Position numbers and translations under genes: made by a program. Positions 27,199 through 37,231 of a stretch of 64,000 nt of DNA are shown here, in pieces. The stretch's first letter is position 1. Every line of letters starts with the position of its first letter. The stretch comes from an uncultured Solirubrobacteraceae bacterium (GTDB taxonomy: Bacteria; Actinomycetota; Thermoleophilia; Solirubrobacterales; Solirubrobacteraceae): assembly GCA_963844205.1 (NCBI GenBank), contig CAWJNK010000017.1, forward strand, positions 31,603 to 95,602, given 5' to 3'. The notes under the pieces were generated by a model. The model was given only the letters and a program-made list of their open reading frames with translations, did not search any database and was not told the DNA's origin.

Positions 27199-27695
27199 TC
27201 CCGCTTCGGCACCAGCACGAGCCGCTTGAACTCGGCGACGAGCACGCCGTCCTGGTTCAGCACCCGCGTGTGGACCTTGACCGTGCCGCGGTCGGGCTTC
27301 GAGCGGGACTCGCGCACCTCGAGCACCTCGGTCTCCGCGAACAGCGTGTCGCCGTGGAACACGGGCGCGGGGTGCGACAGCTCCTCGGTCGCCAGGTTCG
27401 CGATCGCCTTACCGGAGATGTCGGAGACGCTCATCCCGAGCGCGAGCGAGTACACGTAGGGCCCGACGACCACGTTGCGGCCCTGCTGCGACCCGGCCGC
27501 ATACACGTCGTTGATGTGCAGCGGGTGGTGGTTCATGGTGATCAGGCAGAACAGGTGGTCGTCCGCCTCGGTCACCGTCTTGGCCGGCCAGTGCTTGTAG
27601 ACCGCGCCGACCTCGAACTCCTCGAAGTAGCGGCCGTACGGGTGCGCGCCCGAGGACTCGCGCGAGCGCTGATCGGTGTCGACTGAGGTGCTCAT
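27189..27695 (-). CDS. MaoC-family (R)-specific enoyl-CoA hydratase; candidate mesaconyl-CoA hydratase
   Basis: The internal ATG at 27693-27695 gives 168 aa with hot-dog fold blocks ([25 protein letters not shown]). It is divergent from a malyl-CoA-lyase-like gene. Confidence 0.85.
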   Translation of the reverse strand: MSTSVDTDQRSRESSGAHPYGRYFEEFEVGAVYKHWPAKTVTEADDHLFCLITMNHHPLHINDVYAAGSQQGRNVVVGPYVYSLALGMSVSDISGKAIANLATEELSHPAPVFHGDTLFAETEVLEVRESRSKPDRGTVKVHTRVLNQDGVLVAEFKRLVLVPKRDAG

Positions 27696-27741
27696 AGCCA
27701 CGGAGACTTTAGGGCCCCTGGACCCGTACGATCCCGCGTCC

Positions 27742-28782
27742 ATGCGCAGCCCCCGTTCGTTCTTCGCCCCGCTGGCCATCGGCGCCCCCGAGCCGCTCCG
27801 CGAGATCCCGGTCCGGCCGAGCCGGATGATCCACTTCCTCGACTTCAGCAACGAGAAGATGGTCGCCAAGGCTGCCGACGTCGCCACCAAGACCGACATC
27901 CTGCTCGGCAACCTCGAAGATGCGATCCCGGTCGACCGCAAGGTCGCCGCCCGCGAAGGGCTCATCAAGGTCGGGAAGGACATCGAGCTCGGCGAGACGC
28001 AGCTGTGGGCGCGCGTCAACGCGCTCGAGTCGCCCTGGGTGCTCGACGACCTCACCGAGATCGTCACCACCATCGGCGACCGGATCGACGTCGTGATGGT
28101 CCCGAAGGTCGAGGGCCCGTCGGACATCCACTACGTCGACCGGCTGCTCGCTCAGCTCGAGGCGCGCGCCCGCCTGAGCCGGCCCATCCTGGTCCACGCG
28201 ATCCTCGAGACCGCCCAGGGCGTGACAAATGTCGAGGAGATCGCGACCGCCAGCCCGCGCATGCAGGGAATGAGCCTCGGGCCGGCCGACCTGGCGGCGT
28301 CGAGACGGATGAAGACCACGCGCGTGGGCGGCGGCCATCCCGGCTACGTCGTGCTGGCGGACCCTGGCGACGGCGAGCGCGCGGCGGCCCAGCAGGACCT
28401 CTGGCATTACACGCTCGGGCGCATGGTCGACGCGTGCGCGGCCGCCGGGATCCTCCCGTTCTACGGCCCGTTCGGCGACATCCGCGACCTCGAGGGCTGC
28501 GAGGCCCAGTTCCGCGCGGCGTACCTGATGGGCTGCGTGGGCGCGTGGTCGCTGCACCCCGCGCAGATCGACGTCGCCCGCAAGGTCTTCTCACCCGACC
28601 CCGACGAGGTCGCGTTCGCCAAGAAGGTGATCGAGGCGATCCCGGACGGCGCCGGCGTGCACATGATCGACGGCAAGATGCAGGACGACGCCACCTGGAA
28701 GCAGTGCCGCGTCATGGTCGACCTCGCGGAGATGCTGGCCCGCAAGGACCCCGAGTTGGCGAAGGCCTACGAACTACCGTAA
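27742..28782 (+). CDS. HpcH/HpaI aldolase / citrate lyase beta family CoA-ester lyase (malyl-CoA/beta-methylmalyl-CoA lyase-like)
   Basis: ATG at 27742 ([11 protein letters not shown]). Blocks are [28 protein letters not shown] and [10 protein letters not shown], with a long C-terminal extension as in Mcl-type lyases. Confidence 0.8.
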   Translation: MRSPRSFFAPLAIGAPEPLREIPVRPSRMIHFLDFSNEKMVAKAADVATKTDILLGNLEDAIPVDRKVAAREGLIKVGKDIELGETQLWARVNALESPWVLDDLTEIVTTIGDRIDVVMVPKVEGPSDIHYVDRLLAQLEARARLSRPILVHAILETAQGVTNVEEIATASPRMQGMSLGPADLAASRRMKTTRVGGGHPGYVVLADPGDGERAAAQQDLWHYTLGRMVDACAAAGILPFYGPFGDIRDLEGCEAQFRAAYLMGCVGAWSLHPAQIDVARKVFSPDPDEVAFAKKVIEAIPDGAGVHMIDGKMQDDATWKQCRVMVDLAEMLARKDPELAKAYELP

Positions 28783-28817
28783 CGTCGCTGGCCCGTCCAG
28801 CCGAAGGCCTGACGGGA

Positions 28818-29474
28818 TCAGCGAAATCGTAATTTGCGCGGGCAGGTCGAGCGGGGATTTCCCATCCCGCTCCCGCCTGTGTACTCGAAGCAGCTCGCGT
28901 AGCGGAACTTGCCCTCCCACTTCGCCGGCAGCCGCACGAGCACACTCGAGCGGTACCGGCCCGCGCGGATGCGCTCGAGCTCGCCGATCGCCGTCCGAGG
29001 CCCGCGCTTGGCGCTGCGCGGGCCGACGTAGAAGATCGTCGGCTTCTCGAGCCGCACGCCGCGCGGCACGCGGTAGCGCTGGGTGAACCGGACCACGCGC
29101 GAGTTGCGGGCGCGATACGAGAGCGTGAAGGCCGGCAACACGTACGCCCGCTCCCGCGGCGCCACCGCGCCGCCGGTCGTGACCCGGAGGTCGGTGTTGC
29201 GGTCGAGCTCGACCTCGAACCGGTACGTGCCGTCCGCCTCCGTGACGCCGTCGGCGATCGGCGCCCAGTCGGCCTCGAACGGGTACCGGCGGGCCTGGAG
29301 CTGGACCGGCTGGCCGGCGAACGGCGCGCCGTCGAGCAGCGCGGTGCCGGTGATCGTCGTCGGCTTGCCGTAGCGGGCCTGCTCGGGCGCGACCTTCATG
29401 TCGACGATCACCGCGGCGTCCGCGGCAGGCGCCGCGAACGCGAGCATCAGAGTGGCGAGGAGCACGGAGCGCAC
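28818..29474 (-). CDS. secreted hypothetical protein
   Basis: The GTG at 29472-29474 gives VRSVLLATLMLAFAAPAADA (signal peptide). The mature part is beta-rich (GTYRFEVELDRNTDLRV) and may be carboxypeptidase-regulatory/Ig-like. It lies between two CitE-like genes. Confidence 0.6.
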   Translation of the reverse strand: MRSVLLATLMLAFAAPAADAAVIVDMKVAPEQARYGKPTTITGTALLDGAPFAGQPVQLQARRYPFEADWAPIADGVTEADGTYRFEVELDRNTDLRVTTGGAVAPRERAYVLPAFTLSYRARNSRVVRFTQRYRVPRGVRLEKPTIFYVGPRSAKRGPRTAIGELERIRAGRYRSSVLVRLPAKWEGKFRYASCFEYTGGSGMGNPRSTCPRKLRFR

Positions 29475-29516
29475 CGGAGCGGCCAGCCTAGCGACGCTTG
29501 TAGGGTTGCCCGTCCG

Positions 29517-30434
29517 ATGCGCCCGCGCCGCACCTGCCACGCCGTCCCCGGATCGAGCGAGCGGTTCCTCGCCAAGGCGCCCGAGCTCGACGCCGACGAG
29601 GTGTTCCTCGACCTCGAGGACGCGGTGGCGCCGAGCGAGAAGCCGCGCGCCCGCGAGCTCGTCATCGAGGCGCTGAGGACGCAGGACTTCGGCGCCAAGA
29701 CCGTCGTCGTGCGCGTGAACGGGACCGACACGCCGCACTACTACCGCGACCTCATCGACGTCGTCGAGCAGGCCGGGGACCGCCTCGACGCGATCATGCT
29801 GCCCAAGGTCCGCACGCCCGGCGACGTCGAGATGACCGCCAAGTTGCTGACCCAGATCGAGCTGGCGCGCGAGCTGCCGACGGGCCGCATCGGCATCGAG
29901 GCCCAGATCGAGGACGCCACCGGACTGCTCGCCTGTGAGGCGATCGCCGCCGCGTCCCCGCGGATGGAGACGCTGATCTTCGGCCCGGGCGACTACAGCG
30001 CCGCGGTCGGCATCCCGGTCACCACGATCGGCGGCGCGCCCGAGGGCTACCCGGGCGACCACCTCAACTACGTGTTCTCACGGCTCGTGGTGGCCGCGCG
30101 CGCGGCCGGGATCCAGGCGATCGACGGCCCGTACGCGGCGTTCGAGGACGAGGACGGGCTGCGCTCCCGCGCGCGGCTGGCCCGCGCCCTCGGCATGGAC
30201 GGCAAATGGACGATCCACCCCCGCCAGATCGCCACGGTCAACGAGGTCTTCACGCCCGCGAGGGAGGAATGGGAGCGCGCCGAGGCGCTCCTCGCCGCGT
30301 ACCGCGAAGCCCACGAGCAGGGCCGCGGTGCGGCGATGTTCGAGGGCGAGATGATCGACGAGGCGAACCGCCGGATGGCCGAGCGGCTGGCGGAGGCGGG
30401 TCGCGCCGCCGGCTACAGCTACACGCAGACCTGA
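29517..30434 (+). CDS. CitE-like CoA-ester lyase/thioesterase (HpcH/HpaI family)
   Basis: 305 aa. Blocks are RTCHAVPGSSERF, FLDLEDAVAP, IMLPKV, EAQIEDATGL and IFGPGDYSA. Confidence 0.85.
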   Translation: MRPRRTCHAVPGSSERFLAKAPELDADEVFLDLEDAVAPSEKPRARELVIEALRTQDFGAKTVVVRVNGTDTPHYYRDLIDVVEQAGDRLDAIMLPKVRTPGDVEMTAKLLTQIELARELPTGRIGIEAQIEDATGLLACEAIAAASPRMETLIFGPGDYSAAVGIPVTTIGGAPEGYPGDHLNYVFSRLVVAARAAGIQAIDGPYAAFEDEDGLRSRARLARALGMDGKWTIHPRQIATVNEVFTPAREEWERAEALLAAYREAHEQGRGAAMFEGEMIDEANRRMAERLAEAGRAAGYSYTQT

Positions 30435-31168
30435 CGCCGTGACCGCCCCGGTGCGGAGGAGCGAGCGCCCCTCCGCACAGGATGCGGGTCCCCTCCACTC
30501 CGCCAGACGGCGTGACGGCCGCCCGGTCCGAGCGCGTCGATCCCCGAGACGCGCCCGTCCTCGGCGTAGACGACCTCCTTGACGACCGTCGCGAGCCCTC
30601 CTTCGTCGTCGCAGGAATCCTCCTCGACGCGAGCGAGCCGGCCCCCCTCGTGCCGGTAGCGCTCGCGCGAGCAGGATCCCGTCGGCGGCATGAGCCGCTC
30701 GCTCTCGACCGGCTTTCCCCCGACGAACCGCATCCGCATGATGGATTGCAGCTCGGCCGGCAGCTCGTGGCCCTCGCATTCGAGGGGAGCGCGGAAGCAG
30801 GTGACCTCCACCTGGTCGCGACCCCAGATGCAGAACCGCTCGAGCCACACCTCCCCGGCCCCGTCGTACTGCCGGACGCAGACCACGCGTCCGAGCGCGT
30901 CGAACCCGATCGCCTCGTGCTCGAGCCACGGCGGCGGCGGCCGGTGCAGCCACTCGCCCCGGGAGCACCCCATCCGCTCAAGCCGCAGCGGCTCGACGTC
31001 ACTGTGGCCCGACGTCGGCGTCGCCCAGCGCCAGCGCGCCGCGGCGGCCTCGGCACGCGCCGCCAGGTCCTCGTAGCGCGCCGCGAGCTCCTCCGCCCGT
31101 ACGCGCAGCCATCCCTCGGTTGCGATAGCCGACCCGCCCTCGGCCGTCCCCGACAGCCCTCTCTCCAT
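30419..31168 (-). CDS. Cys/Trp-rich cytoplasmic hypothetical protein
   Basis: The ATG at 31166-31168 (MERGLSG) lies inside ORF 30419..31240. GC3 bias is good and no family was recognised. The 3' end overlaps the citE-like stop by 16 nt. Confidence 0.5.
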   Translation of the reverse strand: MERGLSGTAEGGSAIATEGWLRVRAEELAARYEDLAARAEAAAARWRWATPTSGHSDVEPLRLERMGCSRGEWLHRPPPPWLEHEAIGFDALGRVVCVRQYDGAGEVWLERFCIWGRDQVEVTCFRAPLECEGHELPAELQSIMRMRFVGGKPVESERLMPPTGSCSRERYRHEGGRLARVEEDSCDDEGGLATVVKEVVYAEDGRVSGIDALGPGGRHAVWRSGGDPHPVRRGARSSAPGRSRRQVCV

Positions 31169-31291
31169 GCGCTGGACGCTACCGGCACTTTTGTCGAGCG
31201 TCAAGCAAAAGCTGTAAAGTGGGTGCGCGAATTCGAGCAATCTTGGAACGAATCAAGACGCAAGCCGATCCTTGTGGCATTCTGATAGCCG

Positions 31292-32554
31292 ATGACTGAC
31301 CTGCTGGGAACCGAAGATCTCGACGCGACTCGGCGTTTCGACGCCGCCAGACCCCCGGCGAGCTCCTCCAGTTCGGGGAACGGCGGGTCTTCCGGCACGG
31401 GCGCGGGCGCGATGCTGCGGCTCATCCGCGACGGTCATGCGAGCACGCGCGCCGAGCTCGTGGCGCTGACCGGCCTCGCGCGCTCGACGGTGGCCCAGCG
31501 GATGGACGCGCTGCTTGCCCAGCGGCTCGTGATCCCGGCCGGCGCCAGCGCCTCGACCGGCGGCCGGCCGCCGAAGACGTTCGCCTTCAACCGCAACGCC
31601 GGCGTCGTGCTGGCGGCCGACCTCGGCGCCACCCACTCGCGCGTCGCGGTCACGGACCTCGCCGGCGATGTCACGGTGGAGACACGCGCCGACATCCCGA
31701 TCGCGGACGGTCCGGAGCCCGTGATGAGCTGGCTCGAGGAGACGTTCGACGCCCTGCTGGCGGAGATCGAGCAGTCGCACGCCGACGTGCGCGGGATCGG
31801 GGTCGGCATCCCCGGCCCGGTGGAGTTCGCGACCGGCACGCCGGTGGCGCCGCCGATCATGCCCGGCTGGGACGGGTACGGCGTCGCGACCCGCCTGCGC
31901 GAGCGCTACGGCGCGACCGTGCTCGTCGACAACGACGTGAACATCATGGCGCTGGGCGAGTACTGGGCCCGCTGGCGCGACACGGCGCACCTGCTGTTCG
32001 TGAAGGTCGGCACCGGGATCGGCTGCGGCGTGATCACCGACGGGCGCATCCACCGCGGCGCGCAGGGCGCGGCCGGGGACATCGGGCACATCCACGTGCC
32101 CGACCACGACGACGTCATCTGCCGCTGCGGCAACCTCGGCTGCCTCGAGGCGATCGCCGGCGGCGGGGCCATGGCCTCGCGCCTGTCCGCGCTCGGCGTG
32201 CAGGCCGACAACAGCCGCGACGTGGTGCGCCACGTCCGCGACGGCCGGCCGGAGGCGATGCGCCTCGTGCGCCAGTCCGGCCGCGAGCTCGGCGGCGTCC
32301 TGGCCAGCGCGGTCAACTTCTTCAACCCCGGCGTGATCGTGATCGGCGGGGACATGGCGCACGCCGACGAGCACCTGCTCGCGGGCGTGCGCGAGGTCGT
32401 CTACCGGCGCTCGACCGCACTCGCGACCCGCTCGATCCGCATCGCCCGCTCGACGCTCGACGATCGCGCGGGCGTGATCGGCGCCGCCGTCATGGTCATC
32501 GAGGCCGTCCTGGCGCCCGACGCGGTCGACCAGGCCATAGCGGCCGCCGGCTGA
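31292..32554 (+). CDS. ROK-family transcriptional regulator
   Basis: N-terminal wHTH (STRAELVALTGLARSTVAQRMDAL) followed by a ROK sugar-kinase-like fold with the zinc motif HVPDHDDVICRCGNLGCLEA. Confidence 0.85.
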   Translation: MTDLLGTEDLDATRRFDAARPPASSSSSGNGGSSGTGAGAMLRLIRDGHASTRAELVALTGLARSTVAQRMDALLAQRLVIPAGASASTGGRPPKTFAFNRNAGVVLAADLGATHSRVAVTDLAGDVTVETRADIPIADGPEPVMSWLEETFDALLAEIEQSHADVRGIGVGIPGPVEFATGTPVAPPIMPGWDGYGVATRLRERYGATVLVDNDVNIMALGEYWARWRDTAHLLFVKVGTGIGCGVITDGRIHRGAQGAAGDIGHIHVPDHDDVICRCGNLGCLEAIAGGGAMASRLSALGVQADNSRDVVRHVRDGRPEAMRLVRQSGRELGGVLASAVNFFNPGVIVIGGDMAHADEHLLAGVREVVYRRSTALATRSIRIARSTLDDRAGVIGAAVMVIEAVLAPDAVDQAIAAAG

Positions 32555-32598
32555 CCGCGGACACATCCCGCGAGGGGGTCACGCCCGTAGTACAGGGC

Positions 32599-33105
32599 AT
32601 GACACGTTCGATCTCGTATCCAGCGGGCGTCGCCCTCGCCATCGGCGCCCTCGTGCTCGCGGGCTGCGGCGACAACGGCGGAGGCGGAGGCGAGCGGGCG
32701 GCGAGCGCCGGCAGCATCGTCTCCGTCGCGGACGTCGACGGCACCCACGTCCTCGCCAACGCCCAGGGCCGGACGCTCTACTCCGCCCCGGTGGAGAAGG
32801 GCGGGACGATCCTCTGCGTCGGCACTTGCACGTCGTTCTGGGAGCCACTCATGGCGTCGGCCGCCGATGCGCGTCGCGCGGCCTCCGACCTCGGCGTCGA
32901 CCTCAGCGTCGTCAAGCGGCCGGACGGAGGCCAACTCGCGTTCGACGGCCTGCCGCTCTACAGCTTCGCGGAGGAGGGAGCCGATCAGCTGACCGGCGAC
33001 GGATTCGCCGACGACTTCCAGGGCACCCACTTCCAGTGGCAGGCCGCGCGGACGGACGGCGGCTCGAGCTCGCCCGCCCAGGGCGGCGGCGGCTATGGCT
33101 ATTGA
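32599..33105 (+). CDS. lipoprotein with Yx(FWY)xxD-type repeats (COG4315-like)
   Basis: Lipobox LVLAGCG, with repeats GRTLYSAPVEK and GLPLYSFAEEGADQ and a Gly-rich tail. Confidence 0.75.
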   Translation: MTRSISYPAGVALAIGALVLAGCGDNGGGGGERAASAGSIVSVADVDGTHVLANAQGRTLYSAPVEKGGTILCVGTCTSFWEPLMASAADARRAASDLGVDLSVVKRPDGGQLAFDGLPLYSFAEEGADQLTGDGFADDFQGTHFQWQAARTDGGSSSPAQGGGGYGY

Positions 33106-33111
33106 CCGGCG

Positions 33112-33648
33112 GTGATGGCGGTCTCGGACGAGGCGCTGCTCGCCGGCGTTGCGGCGGGCCAGCGGGACGCCGCGGCAGCGTTCGTCCGGCGCTTCCAGGC
33201 GCGCGTGTATGGACTCGTATCCACGATGGTGCGGGACCCGGGTGTGGCCGAGGACGTGGCGCAGGAGACGTTCGTGCGCGCGTGGCGCTCGGCCGGGACG
33301 TACGACCCGCGGCGCGGGCGGGTCGTGACGTGGCTGCTCACGATCGCCCGGAACGCGGCGATCGACGCGCTGCGGGTGCGGCGGCCGGAGCCGGTCGATC
33401 CCGACGTCGTCGCCGCGCGGCTCGAGAGCCCGGTGGACGACCGCGAGCCGCCCGACGACCGCTTGCGAGGAGCGCTGGCCGAGCTGCCGGAGGAGCAGCG
33501 GCGCGCGCTGTTCCTGGCCGCGTATCTGGGCCGGACGGCGCGGGAGATCTCCGAGCTCGAGGGCGCGCCGCTGGGGACGATCAAGGGGCGGCTCAGGACG
33601 GCGATGCTCAAGCTCCACGATTCACTGGAGGCCGATCATGAGCTGTGA
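33112..33648 (+). CDS. ECF-type RNA polymerase sigma-70 factor
   Basis: Region 2 (DVAQETFVRAWRS, WLLTIARNAAID) and region 4 (ISELEGAPLGTIKGRLRTA) are both present. Confidence 0.9.
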   Translation: MMAVSDEALLAGVAAGQRDAAAAFVRRFQARVYGLVSTMVRDPGVAEDVAQETFVRAWRSAGTYDPRRGRVVTWLLTIARNAAIDALRVRRPEPVDPDVVAARLESPVDDREPPDDRLRGALAELPEEQRRALFLAAYLGRTAREISELEGAPLGTIKGRLRTAMLKLHDSLEADHEL

Positions 33649-34321
33649 CGAGCTTCGCGACCTGGCACCGGAGGTCGCGCTCGGCACGATCGAGGGCGAG
33701 GAGCGCGGCGAAGCGCTGCGGCATCTCGCGGAGTGCGCGGAGTGCCGGCGCCTCGTTGACCAGCTCTCGGTGGTCGCCGACGAGCTGCTCCTCTCGGCGC
33801 CGGTGCAGGAGCCGCCGCCCGGCTTCGAGTCGCGCGTCATCGAGGCGATCGCCCCGCGGCCGCGCCGTCGCGCGTGGCGACGGCTGCCCGCGGTGATCGG
33901 GCCGGCGCTGGCCGCGGCGGCGGTCACCGCGGCCGCGCTGATCGCCGTGTACCACGACGACCGGGTGACCGCGGAGCGCTACCGGGAGGCGCTCGCCCAG
34001 GCCGACGGCCGGTACTTCGAGGCCGGCCGGCTCCGGGACGAGACCGGCGCCGAGGCGGGCGTCGTCTTCGGCTACCAGGGGACGCCGTCGTGGCTGTTCG
34101 TGACCGTCGACGCGCGGCACCGCGACGGGGCCTGGAGCGCCGAGCTCGTCACGAGGGACCGGCGCACGGTCGCGCTCCCGTGGTTCCGGCTCGGGCCTGA
34201 CGGCAGCTGGGGTGGCGCGATCCCCTCGAACCTGCACGACTTCAGGTCGATCCGGCTGCTCGGCGAGGAGCCGGGCGAGGCGCTCGAGAGCTCGATCCCG
34301 CTCGCTTCGGCCGGCGGCTGA
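33638..34321 (+). CDS. anti-sigma factor (zf-HC2, single TM)
   Basis: It overlaps the sigma gene by 11 nt. It has the HLAECAECRR motif and a TM segment LPAVIGPALAAAAVTAAALIAVY. Confidence 0.8.
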   Translation: MSCDELRDLAPEVALGTIEGEERGEALRHLAECAECRRLVDQLSVVADELLLSAPVQEPPPGFESRVIEAIAPRPRRRAWRRLPAVIGPALAAAAVTAAALIAVYHDDRVTAERYREALAQADGRYFEAGRLRDETGAEAGVVFGYQGTPSWLFVTVDARHRDGAWSAELVTRDRRTVALPWFRLGPDGSWGGAIPSNLHDFRSIRLLGEEPGEALESSIPLASAGG

Positions 34322-34346
34322 ACAACGCTCGTTCATCCTGGGAGGC

Positions 34347-35411
34347 ATGACGGCTCGCTGGACCGTGCTCGTTCCCCTGCTCGCGCTGATCCCGCTGGTG
34401 CTGACGTGGGGCACCGATCCGTCGACGCCGGTGGTGGTTATCGTCGGGCTCTTCCTGGCCGGCTCGGTGCTCGCGGCGGTGCATCATGCGGAGGTCGTGG
34501 CGCACCGCGTCGGCGAGCCGTTCGGCTCGCTGGTCCTCGCAGTCGCCGTGACCGTGATCGAGGTCGCCCTGATCGTGACGCTGATGGTCTCCGGCGGCGA
34601 CGAGACGTCGACGCTCGCCCGCGACACCGTGTTCGCGGCCGCGATGATCACCTGCAACGGCATCGTCGGCATCTCGCTGCTGCTCGGCGCGCTCCGACGC
34701 GGGGTGGCGACGTTCAACGCCGAGGGCACGGGCACGGCGCTCGCCACGGTCTCGACGCTCGCCACGCTCTGCCTCGTCCTGCCGACGTTCACCACGAGCG
34801 AGCCCGGGCCTGAGTTCTCCACCGCCCAGCTCACGTTCGCGGCGATCGCGTCGCTCGCCCTGTACGGGCTGTTCGTGGTCGTCCAGACGATCCGGCATCG
34901 CGACTACTTCCTGCCCGCCGGGGCCGGGGCCGAGGAGCACGCCGAGCCGCCCTCGAACCGGGTCGCGGTTACCAGCCTGGCGCTGCTGCTCGTGGCGCTC
35001 GTCGCGGTGGTCGGGCTCGCCAAGACCGAGTCGAAGCCGATCGAGGACGCGGTCGAGGCCGCGGGCTTCCCGCACTCCGCCGTCGGCGTCATCATCGCGC
35101 TGCTGGTGCTGCTCCCCGAGACGCTGGCCGCGGTCCGCGCCGCCCGGCGGGACCGCGTCCAGACCTCGCTGAACCTCGGCCTCGGATCGGCGATGGCGAG
35201 CATCGGGCTCACGATCCCCGCCATCGCCGTCGCGTCGATCTGGCTCGAAGGGCCGCTCATCCTCGGGCTGGGGTCCAAGGAGACGGTGCTGCTCGCGATC
35301 ACGATCGCGGTCGGCACGCTCACCGTCGTCCCGGGCCGCGCCACGCTCCAGCAGGGCGGCGTGCACCTCGTGCTGTTCGGCGCCTTCCTGTTCCTGGCCG
35401 TGAACCCGTAG
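34347..35411 (+). CDS. calcium/cation:proton antiporter (CaCA/ChaA family)
   Basis: ATG at 34347 with GGAGG 4-5 nt upstream. It is polytopic, with alpha-repeat-like segments (GEPFGSLVLAVAVTVIEVAL; GLGSAMASIGLTIPA). Confidence 0.85.
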   Translation: MTARWTVLVPLLALIPLVLTWGTDPSTPVVVIVGLFLAGSVLAAVHHAEVVAHRVGEPFGSLVLAVAVTVIEVALIVTLMVSGGDETSTLARDTVFAAAMITCNGIVGISLLLGALRRGVATFNAEGTGTALATVSTLATLCLVLPTFTTSEPGPEFSTAQLTFAAIASLALYGLFVVVQTIRHRDYFLPAGAGAEEHAEPPSNRVAVTSLALLLVALVAVVGLAKTESKPIEDAVEAAGFPHSAVGVIIALLVLLPETLAAVRAARRDRVQTSLNLGLGSAMASIGLTIPAIAVASIWLEGPLILGLGSKETVLLAITIAVGTLTVVPGRATLQQGGVHLVLFGAFLFLAVNP

Positions 35412-35427
35412 CCCTACACCGTCACGA

Positions 35428-36078
35428 TCACGCCGACGACGAGCCGGCCTCGAGCCGGGTCTTGAGCGCGGTGAGGTGCTCGCGCCAGCGGGCCTTCTCG
35501 CGGTCGGCGTGCCGCGCGTCGGCGAGCCGCTCGTGCTCCAGCGCGACCAGGCTCTTGCCCTCGCCCTTGGCCGCGAACGTGACGTGGACGCGGCCCTCGC
35601 CGGCGTCGAAGTGGGCCACCTTCGGGCGCGTGGCGGTGCGCTCGCTCAGGCCCTCGCTCGCCGACGCGTCGACGAACGCGTCGTACAGGCGCTCGACCGG
35701 CACCGCGACCGTGCGGGAGACGGTGACCGCGAAGCCGTCGGCGCGCTCGCCGGGCTCGCGCAGCCCGCGGGTGCGCTCGTAGCTGTACGCGATCGCCTGC
35801 GCGTTCCACGCCAGCGGGTCGATGTCGAGCTCCGCCGCCACCCAGCGGGCGATCTCGCGGTGCGGGCGCTCCGCGGCGCCCCAGTCGTCGAGCCGGTCGA
35901 ACCACTCCTCCCACCCGCGCCCCGTCCGTTCGCGGATCGACTCGTCGGACGTCATGAGCACGGGCTCGCCGGCCGGCTCGACCGCGCGCAGCAGCGACGC
36001 GCGCGCCGCCGTGTAGCTCTCGCCGGTCTTCTCCATCCGGGTGCGGACGAGCCGCTTGAAGGATCGCTGCCTGGTCAT
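35428..36078 (-). CDS. DUF4287-like / SRPBCC-like two-domain protein
   Basis: 216 aa. The middle block GRGWEEWFDRLDDWGAAERPHREIARWV...AIAYSYERTRGLR is followed by a C-terminal Aha1/SRPBCC-like part. Confidence 0.65.
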   Translation of the reverse strand: MTRQRSFKRLVRTRMEKTGESYTAARASLLRAVEPAGEPVLMTSDESIRERTGRGWEEWFDRLDDWGAAERPHREIARWVAAELDIDPLAWNAQAIAYSYERTRGLREPGERADGFAVTVSRTVAVPVERLYDAFVDASASEGLSERTATRPKVAHFDAGEGRVHVTFAAKGEGKSLVALEHERLADARHADREKARWREHLTALKTRLEAGSSSA

Positions 36079-36244
36079 CGAGTGCTCCTCTCGAGGCGGC
36101 GGCTCCGCGACTCACGCTCGCGACGCCCCGCCGGAAAGGGCCACGTACGACCGGCGTCCCGAGAGCTCGCTGCCCCCTTTGCCCCCGCGTATGCCGGCGG
36201 CGTGAGCGCCGAGATCGGAGGTTGGGCGCGGGACCGCGCCGGGG

Positions 36245-37231
36245 GTGAGTATGCAGCATCCTGGGCGGATGGCAACCCCCCAGCACCGGATCCAGTCGGG
36301 CTTCGGCTACCGCAGCACCGCGGCCGAGGTCCTCGAGGGCATCGACCTCTCGGGCAGGCTCGCGATCGTCACCGGCGGCTACTCCGGCCTCGGGCTGGAG
36401 ACGACGCGCGCGCTCGCGGGCGCGGGCGCGCAGGTGGTCGTCCCGGCACGGCGCCGCGCCCACGCCGCAGAGGTGCTCGGCGGGATCGACCGCGTCGAGG
36501 TCGACGAGCTGGACCTCGCCGATCTCGACAGCGTCCGCGCGTTCGCGCAGCGGATGCTGGACTCCGGCCGCGGCGTCGACATCCTCATCAACAACGCCGC
36601 GATCATGGCCTGTCCGGAGACGCGGGTCGGACCGGGCTGGGAGGCGCAGTTCGCCACCAACCACCTCGGCCACTTCGCGCTCGCGAACCTGCTGTGGCCG
36701 GCGCTCGCGGACGGGGGCGCGCGGGTCGTGGCGCTGTCCTCGACCGGGCACAAGATCTCGGCGATCCGCTGGGACGACCTGCAGTTCGAGAGCGGCTACG
36801 ACAAGTGGCAGGCCTACGGGCAGGCCAAGACCGCCAACAGCCTCTTCGCGGTCCACCTCGACGCGCTCGGCGAGGGCGCGGGCGTGCGCGCGTTCGCCGC
36901 ACACCCGGGCGGGATCAGGACCCCGCTGCAGCGCCACCTCACGCGCGAGGAGATGACCGCGGCGGGCTGGATGGACGAGGAGGGCAACGTCCACGAGCGG
37001 TTCAAGACGCCGGAGCAGGGCGCGTCGACGGCGACGTGGGCCGCGACCTCCCCGGCGCTCGGAGGCATGGGCGGCGTCTACTGCGAGAACTGCGACATCG
37101 CCGAGCCGACGGACCCGGGGTCGCCGACCGCGCGGATCGAGGGCGTCGACCCGCACGCGGTCGACCCCGATGCCGCCGCGCGGCTGTGGACGGTCTCGGC
37201 GGAGCTCACGGGCGTCGACGCCTTCGCCTAG
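36245..37231 (+). CDS. SDR-family oxidoreductase (retinol dehydrogenase/WWOX-like)
   Basis: VTGGYSGLGLET, NNAA and YGQAKTAN (YxxxK) motifs are present. The start could be a downstream ATG. Confidence 0.85.
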   Translation: MSMQHPGRMATPQHRIQSGFGYRSTAAEVLEGIDLSGRLAIVTGGYSGLGLETTRALAGAGAQVVVPARRRAHAAEVLGGIDRVEVDELDLADLDSVRAFAQRMLDSGRGVDILINNAAIMACPETRVGPGWEAQFATNHLGHFALANLLWPALADGGARVVALSSTGHKISAIRWDDLQFESGYDKWQAYGQAKTANSLFAVHLDALGEGAGVRAFAAHPGGIRTPLQRHLTREEMTAAGWMDEEGNVHERFKTPEQGASTATWAATSPALGGMGGVYCENCDIAEPTDPGSPTARIEGVDPHAVDPDAAARLWTVSAELTGVDAFA

